A stretch of 64,000 bases of DNA, from assembly GCA_963832165.1 (NCBI GenBank), contig CAWHTE010000002.1, positions 352,001 to 416,000 of the forward strand, given 5' to 3'. Below the pieces are notes generated by a model, which saw only the letters and a program-made list of their open reading frames with translations, was not told where the DNA came from and did not search any database. A program made the position numbers and the translations under genes. The DNA is from an uncultured delta proteobacterium (lineage in GTDB: Bacteria > Myxococcota_A > UBA9160 > SMWR01). Shown in pieces: positions 13,565 through 19,935 of this stretch (position 1 is the first letter of the stretch; each line of letters opens with the position of its first letter).

Positions 13565-13843
13565 TCACTTGCTGAAGTGTTTGACCAGAAAGAATCGGGC
13601 CAACTGCTCGCCTTCCTCGGTCAACACCACGGACTTCGACTTCGAAACAGGATCTGAGATCCAGCCTCTTTCGAATAGGAGATTCATGAGGTCCCAATCG
13701 AGCGCCTTCCAGACGCGCCCGCCGTGCAGGGTCAGGCCGAGCATGGCGAGCGCGACCTCCGCGAGCTTGTCCGAATCCAGCTCGTCGGGGAGGCGCGCAG
13801 GACGTTCATCATCGTGAGTCATCGTGGTGCTTGCATGTCGCAT
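13565..13843 (-). CDS. DUF6429-family small protein, last gene of the array
   Basis: LALAMLGLTLH...WKALDWDLMNLLFERGWISDPVSKSKSVVLTEEG; start may be 13822. Confidence 0.75.
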   Translation of the reverse strand: MRHASTTMTHDDERPARLPDELDSDKLAEVALAMLGLTLHGGRVWKALDWDLMNLLFERGWISDPVSKSKSVVLTEEGEQLARFFLVKHFSK

Positions 13844-13897
13844 GACGCTGTCACTCAGCCGCCGGCGGAGCCGGTCGGCTCCAGTGGCTGGTTAGAC
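13840..13897 (-). other. attC site 1 (58 bp, 59-be-like), R' degenerate (GTCATGC)
   Basis: Minus strand: GTCTAAC CAGCC ACTGGAGC CGACCGGCTCCGCCGGCG GCTGAGT GACAGC GTCATGC. Confidence 0.8.
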
Positions 13898-14199
13898 GGT
13901 CGTCGGGTTAGGCGCGACAGCAGATACCCCAATAGACGGTGCAATACGAAGACCGGACCCAGCGGAGCGCCGAGGAGCAGCGCCCAAAACAAATAGCCAG
14001 CTCGCGCTCCGGTATCCCAGATCTCACCGAACGGCGGCGCTAGACAGGCACGACGCGCATTGTCATACCCCACGCCAGCGTCCAGGCATGTATCCATGGC
14101 GTTGAGAATGTAGAACCACTGGCATATCCACACGTACAGCGCGAACATAATCAGGCCGAGTGTCACTTGAATGCCCCGGTGCATCTTCGTCATCCGCAT
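13855..14199 (-). CDS. Cassette-encoded hypothetical membrane protein (2 TM, CLDAG...C motif)
   Basis: ATG lies within the upstream core site GTT|ATGC; ORF reads into attC1. Confidence 0.7.
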   Translation of the reverse strand: MRMTKMHRGIQVTLGLIMFALYVWICQWFYILNAMDTCLDAGVGYDNARRACLAPPFGEIWDTGARAGYLFWALLLGAPLGPVFVLHRLLGYLLSRLTRRPSNQPLEPTGSAGG

Positions 14200-14353
14200 A
14201 ACGGATCGCGGTTGAGCTGCGGCCGCCCCGCGTGTCTCCCAGTATCAATCCGGCGGCTGCTGCGCGTCAACCACCGAACCGGCGGCCGCCGGCCGTGCGA
14301 CCCGGTACAGCAACCAAAGCGGGTCGGCCGTCAGCTGCAATCGATTGTTAGGC
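14196..14353 (-). other. attC site 2 (158 bp)
   Basis: R'' GCCTAAC-AATCG-L'' ATTGCAGC ... L' GCTCAAC-CGCGATCC-R' GTTATGC. Confidence 0.9.
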
Positions 14354-14382
14354 AGCGACTCGTTGCCGGCCGAAGCCGAACG

Positions 14383-14601
14383 TTACTGCTTGGCCGGCAA
14401 GCGACTGGAAATGGTCCAGGTAACAGCCGTGCCAAGGAAGCATGCTACGAAATAGAACCCCCACCTTGCAATTGGGCTCTCCGGGACTCCTCGCCCAAAG
14501 CGGATGATCTCGCCCGGAAGCACGAGATCAACGCAGCCGATGACAACCATCGCCGGGAAAAGGAAGCAAAGAGCTGCGAGATAGGTTCGTGCCGAGATCA
14601 T
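14383..14601 (-). CDS. Cassette-encoded small membrane protein (72 aa, 2 TM)
   Basis: Best ORF between attC3 and attC2, hydrophobic, in array orientation. Confidence 0.6.
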   Translation of the reverse strand: MISARTYLAALCFLFPAMVVIGCVDLVLPGEIIRFGRGVPESPIARWGFYFVACFLGTAVTWTISSRLPAKQ

Positions 14602-14636
14602 GGATTCTCGTTCGGGTGCCTCCGCTCTGCGTGGTC

Positions 14637-14794
14637 GCCTAACGGATCGGCGCTCAGCTGCGAGCGCGCTGACCGCATCGTAACACCACCGAAGCCGCCG
14701 CCAGGCTGCAAGAGCCGCTGGCGAGCGAAGCGAGCCTTAGCGGCGGTCCTTCGACATGCTGCTGGCGCTCGGCAGCTGCAGCGCCTTGTTAGCC
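14637..14794 (-). other. attC site 3 (158 bp)
   Basis: R'' GGCTAAC-AAGGC-L'' GCTGCAGC ... L' GCTGAGC-GCCGATCC-R' GTTAGGC. Confidence 0.92.
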
Positions 14795-15249
14795 GGCATG
14801 CCTGCATAGGCGCGCGCGACGAAGCCCGAGAACATCGCCATCACCGTTCCCATGAGAACGAGAAACACCGGGTTTGCAAAATTGGGAAATGGTGGTCCGA
14901 TGACAAACGCGACTAAAGCGGACAGGCTGGATGTTGCGTATGCCGCGCAGCTTAAAGCTAAGAGAGCAACGATTGTCTTAGTAGGTTGCGACGGGACGCC
15001 AACTCGAGATACGCGGAGCCGCGACGCAGCAGCAAACAGGTGGAGGGTAAGCAAGCCCGACCCAGCGAAGGATGCAGCAAGCGAACCCGTGCACCACAGG
15101 TTAACGCGTGGGTCTACGTTGCGTACCGCGAACGCGATGTGGGAGATGAGCAGTCCTGTTAGCAAGAGGACCATCACCCTGCCGCCCTTCGCCGAGCGGC
15201 CCCATCTTTCTAGTCTCGCCAGCCGTGAGTCGGACTCAATCCAAGTCAT
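14737..15249 (-). CDS. Cassette-encoded hypothetical membrane protein (about 4 TM)
   Basis: Hydrophobic ORF from ATG 15249 reading into attC3; cassette ends are 13-bp complementary (GTTAGCCGGCATG). Confidence 0.65.
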   Translation of the reverse strand: MTWIESDSRLARLERWGRSAKGGRVMVLLLTGLLISHIAFAVRNVDPRVNLWCTGSLAASFAGSGLLTLHLFAAASRLRVSRVGVPSQPTKTIVALLALSCAAYATSSLSALVAFVIGPPFPNFANPVFLVLMGTVMAMFSGFVARAYAGMPANKALQLPSASSMSKDRR

Positions 15250-15274
15250 CGCCAATCGCCTTTGTACCCATGCC

Positions 15275-15430
15275 GGCTAACGGATCGCGGTTCAGCTGCG
15301 GCCGCCCCGCGTGCCTACGAGTTTCAATCGGCGGCCGCCGCGCGTCAATCACCGGACCGGCGGCCGCCGGCCATGCGACTCAGCGCGGCAACCAAAGCGG
15401 GCGGCCGGCAGCTGCAACCGTTTGTTAGGC
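15275..15430 (-). other. attC site 4 (156 bp), close homologue of attC2
   Basis: R'' GCCTAAC-AAACG-GTTGCAGC ... GCTGAAC-CGCGATCC-GTTAGCC; aligns along its length with 14196-14353. Confidence 0.92.
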
Positions 15431-15868
15431 CGCGCCTCTGATGAGGCCGACGATTTGAAGAATGGCAATGAACAGAGCCGCGAAGCCAAAACCAATGGAC
15501 ATGGTCGCCTGGGTCGTGGCCATGCTGCCACTCGCGACTTTCTGCCGCCAGAGGACCCTGCAGCCAGGGGGCGGGAACTCGCCGAACCGAAGTGCCATTA
15601 CGCCAGTTCTGAGGAAGGCCATGCCACAAACAATGAGAACGCAGATCCCGGGCGACATAAGGAGAACTAGGCGTCGATGCAGGGACGCCGCGTATTGCTC
15701 AGACACTGCGCGGGCCTCGGGAACGGAGAGGCCACTAAGGAAGGGAGGATCTGGGAAAAAGGCCTCAGCGTAGTATCGGACCGAGATGAGCCAAGCCACG
15801 AACACCAACGCGGTGCCGATGACGACCGCTTGGTAAACCGGCTGGGGTTCAGAGTGCCTTGTGCTCAT
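15425..15868 (-). CDS. Cassette-encoded hypothetical membrane protein (3 TM, GEFPPPG motif)
   Basis: Stop TAA lies inside R'' (GCCTAAC); cassette ends share GTTAGGCCGC. Confidence 0.75.
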   Translation of the reverse strand: MSTRHSEPQPVYQAVVIGTALVFVAWLISVRYYAEAFFPDPPFLSGLSVPEARAVSEQYAASLHRRLVLLMSPGICVLIVCGMAFLRTGVMALRFGEFPPPGCRVLWRQKVASGSMATTQATMSIGFGFAALFIAILQIVGLIRGAA

Positions 15869-15996
15869 TCTGTGTGCGGCCTAACGGATCGGCGCTCAGC
15901 TGTCGGCTCGCGGCAACCTTCCGCAACCCCACCGAGCTGCCTTGCCAGACTCTACCAGATTCCGCTAAGGCGCAGGCCGGTCATCTGCAGCGCCTT

Positions 15997-16245
15997 CCAT
16001 GAGAAGGCCAGCCTCGTCAAGTGGCGAATAACATTATTTCGTCTCTTATCACGACGCGCAGGCTCCCGAGTCGAACCACCACCAGGCTTCCATCCGCACT
16101 CTCGATGACCTCGGTCTCGCGAGGTCGGTGCACACTGAGGTCCTTGGGCGTCGGGTGCTGCAATCTTGTTATCGACCTCTCCTTGCGAAGGGCCCGGCGT
16201 TATAACGCAGTCACCCGGACACGGCGGTCTCGATCCATCACGGCT
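15997..16245 (-). ncRNA. Putative bridge/seek RNA of the IS1111-type element
   Basis: Stem GGGTGaCTGC/GCAGCACCC encloses an internal loop containing TAACAAG (target left + core); downstream ATGGAAG equals the element circle junction; exact RNA ends unknown. Confidence 0.75.
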
Positions 16246-17304
16246 CTACGCAGCCTGCACGGAAGCGACTCGCACGGGCTCGTAGACCTCTCCCGTCGTC
16301 CACAGACGGTGCAAGAGGACGGCGAGCCGTCTCGCCACCGCGACGATCGCGCGCTTGCGGGCGATGCTCCCTCCGCGCTCCCCCATGCGAAGGCCCGCAC
16401 GTCGCAGATCCGTGTCGGGACCAAAGGGCCCGAGGATGTAGTGCGCAGCACTCACCAACAGACGCCGCAACAGTCGATCCCCTGCCTTCGTGATCCGTAG
16501 CTGGGGATTCTGTTCCCCCGAATCTCGTCGCTTCGGACGAAGCCCGACGTACGCTCCTACTGCGCGGCTCGTCGCAAATCGGCGCGGGTCCTCGATCGTG
16601 AGCACGTAGTACAGCGCCGTGATCGGCCCCACGCCCGGCACCTGGCGCAGCAGCTCCGTCTCCGGGTAGCGCTCTCGGCACAGCTGCTCCACCTCCCGGT
16701 CCATTTGCCGTATCGTCGCGGTGAGCTGCTCGATCGTGTCGAGGAGCGTCTCCAGCCCGGGGAACAGATCCATCGGCGTCGTCGCGCGCACCCGCTTTGG
16801 AAATGCCTCCGTCGAGCTCGCCGGAACACGCGTCCCCAGCGCCTTCGCGAAACCCCGCACCTGATTCACGAGCTGAGTCCGAGCCCGTACGAGCCCATCC
16901 CGCGTCTGGATCAGGATCCGGTCTCGCTGCGCCTGCGCCCCGCGGTGCACGATCGGCTTCAACAGCGACGGATCCATCCGCCCCAGGCGCGCCAACAGCT
17001 CCGCATCGACGCCGTCGCTTTTCGAGTCGTTCTCCGCGATCAGCCGCACTCGGCGCGGATTCGCGACGATCGCCTCGTGCCCGTGGCGAACGACACAGCG
17101 ACTAACCCATGGCGAGTGCGTCCCTACCTCGAGAACAACCCGACTTGGTGGGAACGAAGCCAACCGCTCCGTCATCGCCGGTTCCGTCGTGCGCACCCGA
17201 AATGCCTCGATCACTGCGCCCGCCGCGTCGAGCACCCGTCCCTCGGTCCACCGGTCGCCTAGGTCCAGACCGATCGTCAACCCGCTCGTGATACGATCAC
17301 CCAC
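16246..17304 (-). CDS. IS110-family DEDD transposase/bridge recombinase
   Basis: IGLDLG, VVLEVG, KSDGVDA (DEDD), VPGVG, RDSG catalytic Ser and RITKAGD; likely GTG start at 17304 after AGGAGG (ORF open to 17346). Confidence 0.95.
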   Translation of the reverse strand: MGDRITSGLTIGLDLGDRWTEGRVLDAAGAVIEAFRVRTTEPAMTERLASFPPSRVVLEVGTHSPWVSRCVVRHGHEAIVANPRRVRLIAENDSKSDGVDAELLARLGRMDPSLLKPIVHRGAQAQRDRILIQTRDGLVRARTQLVNQVRGFAKALGTRVPASSTEAFPKRVRATTPMDLFPGLETLLDTIEQLTATIRQMDREVEQLCRERYPETELLRQVPGVGPITALYYVLTIEDPRRFATSRAVGAYVGLRPKRRDSGEQNPQLRITKAGDRLLRRLLVSAAHYILGPFGPDTDLRRAGLRMGERGGSIARKRAIVAVARRLAVLLHRLWTTGEVYEPVRVASVQAA

Positions 17305-17403
17305 GCCAGCCTCCTGTTTGGGACCCACTCCGTGGTGAGCCCGCAATCGTTGCAGACCTTCACGGTACTGCGTTCAGGAGGCTGGCCTTCTCATCCCATC
17401 TTG

Positions 17404-17898
17404 TTAGGCCGCCGGCTCGCCGACAAGAAGTTTGCATTCCTCAATGATTGCGGTGTCGATCTCCGCGATCGAGTCTAGATCGTCGTCCTCGACGTCGTCG
17501 TAGTTGTAGAAGAGGCCCACCAAGCGAGCAATGCCGAAGGACTCGCCCAGGTACTCGCCGGGCGGTAGTAGCTCGTCGATCTCGCGAAACACCCGCTCGA
17601 CGATGAAACGTGCGCCCTGCCTAGGTGGGATCTCGCCACCGGCTACTTGAGAGGCATAGTGCCGCTTGAGGACCTCGCCTGCGTGGATTGGAGTGGGAAG
17701 AGGATGACCAAGCTCTCGGAGCGCAGACTCGAACAGGCTTCGGAGAAGGTGCGGATCGGAGCGGGATGTCTCGCCAGCGAGAACAGCGAGCGATTTCGAA
17801 TCAAGACCGCCCTCTAGCCATGCCGCAGCTACGCCTGGCAGCTTTTCAGGCGGCAAAAACCCGAGGACGTGGGCGGCGGTGGATTCGTTCAGGTGCAT
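17404..17898 (-). CDS. Cassette-encoded hypothetical acidic alpha-helical protein
   Basis: 164 aa; stop inside R''; cassette ends share GTTAGGCCGCC. Confidence 0.8.
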   Translation of the reverse strand: MHLNESTAAHVLGFLPPEKLPGVAAAWLEGGLDSKSLAVLAGETSRSDPHLLRSLFESALRELGHPLPTPIHAGEVLKRHYASQVAGGEIPPRQGARFIVERVFREIDELLPPGEYLGESFGIARLVGLFYNYDDVEDDDLDSIAEIDTAIIEECKLLVGEPAA

Positions 17899-17907
17899 TT
17901 TCAGGCG

Positions 17908-18021
17908 GCCTAACGGATGGCCGCTAAGCTGCGGCCGCGCGAAATGCTACCACGACCCGCAAGCGCACAGCTGGCCGAGCTGTTGAAGCCCGCGGCCGTC
18001 AGCTTCAGCGGCTTGTTAGAC
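17908..18021 (-). other. attC site 6 (114 bp)
   Basis: R'' GTCTAAC-AAGCC-L'' GCTGAAGC ... L' GCTTAGC-GGCCATCC-R' GTTAGGC. Confidence 0.92.
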
Positions 18022-18387
18022 GGCCACTCGCGCTGGTCGCCAGAACTCCACGAAGAACGACGTTCGGCCTGACAGTGCAACGTGGTGCTCTACCTCAGGC
18101 AGCACGATGCCCGGAGACGCCGGGGTGAGCCGCTGACATCGATTGAAAGGTGCATGCACATAATAGTCGATAGGGCCGTGAGTAATCTGGATGCGAGCCC
18201 AGATGCCTCGCTTCGTGGTGTGAAGCTTGAGGAGAGCTTCAGGAACTGAACTCTCATCGAAGTCTGGCGTTCGGTGGTAGGGCTCGTAGCCGAGTGGAAT
18301 CTCGCTGCGATCACATTGGACACAGTCGAGATCTGTTCCGATCCGCGATTGGCGGCCCTCGGTAGTGAGTACCCATCGTCGGTCGGA
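18016..18387 (-). pseudogene. 5'-truncated duplicate of the DUF3565/DUF1971 cassette gene
   Basis: 18009-18387 is near-identical to 18886-19264 (offset 877, about five substitutions seen). Confidence 0.9.
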
Positions 18388-18887
18388 TCAGAAGCGCGGC
18401 GACCCTACCTGCGTGCTGATCACGGCGCGGTCCGTCACGCAAAGAAGGCCAAGACAAACGAACGCGATGTCTGCGGAAACCTGGGCGCTCGAGCGAAAAA
18501 ATGAACGAGCGCGCGGTCACAACAAGGCGGCGGTCGCCCTGGCGAACAAACTCGCGCGGATCGTATGGGGGGTGTGGAAACACGACCGCGCCTACTGCAG
18601 TCCGTCTCAGAGCTAGAAACCCCATCGGCTGATTCGAGCGAACGACGATGATGGCGCACCGGTTCGGACCGGCGCAGGACCAGGCCGACAACAAGCATGG
18701 CCTCAGAGGCCGCTGTCCAGCGATTGGCCCCCTGCGCGCGACTTTCCATCATGGCCCGGAGCCGAGTGCTCCACACACGAGGCCGGAGATACGACTGCAG
18801 TCGAACCCAGCGCCAAAATCGTTCGAAAGGAGCTCCGAAGTAAAAGATCAGCGCGAAGAATCAGATTGACGGAGGAGTCCAGATACG
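18383..18887 (+). mobile_element. 5'-truncated remnant of a second IS1111-type (attC-targeting) element: frameshifted transposase C-terminus, 3' non-coding region and right end
   Basis: GRI.KRGDP...RGHNKAAVALANKLARIVWGVW* (stop at 18616); right end TTGACggaggagtccagata|CG abuts the attC stub gcttGTTAGAC. Confidence 0.85.
18617..18885 (+). ncRNA. Putative bridge/seek RNA of the second element
   Basis: Stem GCGCAGG/CCTGCGC (18672-18737) encloses AACAAGC and CAGCG, matching the two strands of the attC target; AGATACG (18787-18793) matches the element right end + core. Confidence 0.7.
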
Positions 18888-18898
18888 GCTTGTTAGAC
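18886..18898 (-). other. attC site 7 stub (R'' GTCTAAC + spacer only)
   Basis: Identical to the R'' end of attC6; the remainder is replaced by the IS remnant. Confidence 0.8.
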
Positions 18899-19366
18899 GG
18901 CCACTCGCGCTGGTCGCCAGAACTCCACGAAGAACGACGCTCGGCCTGACAGTGCAACGTGGTGCTCTACCTCAGGCAGCACGATGCCCGGAGACGCCGG
19001 GGTGAGCCGCTGACATCGATTGAAAGGTGCATGCACATAATAGTCGATAGAGCCGTGAGTAATCTGGATGCGAGCCCAGATGCCTCGCTTCGTGGTGTGA
19101 AGCTTAAGGAGAGCTTCAGGAACTGAACTCTCATCGAAGTCTGGCGTTCGGTGGTAGGGCTCGTAGCCGAGTGGAATCTCGCTGCGATCACATTGGACAC
19201 AGTCGAGATCTGTTCCGATCCGCGATTGGCGGCCCTCGGTAGTGAGTACCCATTGTCGTTCGGAGAAGGGCGGGCCGTGCCGCGTGTGTCGGCGGTGTCC
19301 GCACGCAAGCTCGGCAACCCATTCGGAATCGATGTCTTCGGCAAACGCGACGATCGGTCGATTCAT
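18893..19366 (-). CDS. First cassette: DUF3565 domain fused to a DUF1971 (TehB/YeaR-like cupin) domain
   Basis: EWVAELACGHRRHTRH.PP...LDC..C followed by YHRTPDFDESSVPEALL..HTTKRGIW...PEVEHHV...FFVEFW; cassette ends share GTTAGACGGCCA. Confidence 0.85.
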   Translation of the reverse strand: MNRPIVAFAEDIDSEWVAELACGHRRHTRHGPPFSERQWVLTTEGRQSRIGTDLDCVQCDRSEIPLGYEPYHRTPDFDESSVPEALLKLHTTKRGIWARIQITHGSIDYYVHAPFNRCQRLTPASPGIVLPEVEHHVALSGRASFFVEFWRPARVAV

Positions 19367-19383
19367 TGATTGTGGGAATGGCC

Positions 19384-19545
19384 GTCTAACTTGAATTCGA
19401 CAGGTCTGCGTAACACCCGGCACACAGCAGAGAAGCTGGCGTAACACGGGCGCAGGAGAGATATACCACGCGTGAAGCCGCCGTATCGCCAGCGTTTGCA
19501 AGCGGCAGCGGCGGTAGGTTCCGGCGTTGGGCAGGTCTGCGTAAC
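19384..19545 (-). other. attI-like site: core GTTAGAC preceded by three GTTACGC direct repeats
   Basis: No matching R''/L'' arm upstream; 14-bp repeat at 19401-19414 and 19532-19545; third GTTACGC at 19439-19445. Confidence 0.65.
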
Positions 19546-19636
19546 GCCGCCCGGGCAGGGGCGATCGCGTGTACTGCGCTCGGCGTGTCGCGCCCTCGTC
19601 GCGCCGGGAGTGGGAGGGGCGAACGAAGCCGCGGAA

Positions 19637-19657
19637 CGCGGGTTTCACCCGCCCTAC
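19637..19657 (-). repeat. GTAG-type REP-like hairpin GTAGGGCGGGTGAAACCCGCG
   Basis: GTAG + GC-rich hairpin overlapping the BolA stop codon; related to 31740-31854. Confidence 0.55.
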
Positions 19658-19923
19658 GCGGTCTCGGTGATCAACCGGTCGATCGCGTGAACGGGCGCAT
19701 CGTCGCCCTTCATGAGATGCGCGATCGCGGCATACACGCGCTGCTGCTGCACGACCCGGCCCTGCTGCGCGAACGTCGCCGATACGACGCGAATCTCGAA
19801 GTGTCCGCCGCCGTTCGCGCGCACCTCGACGCGCGCGTCGGGAAACGCCGCCGCGATCGCCCGCTCGAGATCGCGCGCCGTGTCGCCGGACGAGCTCGGT
19901 GAGGAGAGGATCTGGATCGGCAC
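19654..19923 (-). CDS. BolA/IbaG family protein
   Basis: GGGHFEIRVVSATF...QQRVYAAI...VHAI. Confidence 0.9.
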   Translation of the reverse strand: MPIQILSSPSSSGDTARDLERAIAAAFPDARVEVRANGGGHFEIRVVSATFAQQGRVVQQQRVYAAIAHLMKGDDAPVHAIDRLITETA

Positions 19924-19935
19924 TCGCCTCCCGGA

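Larger units (their letters stand above)
15994..17402 (-). mobile_element. Intact IS110-family element of IS1111 type inserted in attC5
   Basis: 17-bp perfect subterminal IRs (15999-16015 and 17378-17394); core CTT/AAG at both junctions (15994-15996, 17400-17402); transposase followed by about 250-nt non-coding region. Confidence 0.93.
15879..17409 (-). other. attC site 5 (125 bp when reconstituted), interrupted by the IS directly after R''
   Basis: R'' GCCTAAC at 17403-17409; remainder at 15879-15996. Rejoined sequence CTAACAAGGCGCTGCAG equals intact attC3. Confidence 0.9.

Noticed and set aside
13840..19390. Repeat-spacer pattern as a CRISPR array
   Set aside because: Repeats are long imperfect palindromes with RYYYAAC/GTTRRRY ends separated by whole ORFs, and there are no cas genes; these are attC sites
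19391..19653. Integron integrase gene or remnant upstream of the first cassette
   Set aside because: Only about 260 bp; no tyrosine-recombinase motifs in the short ORFs there
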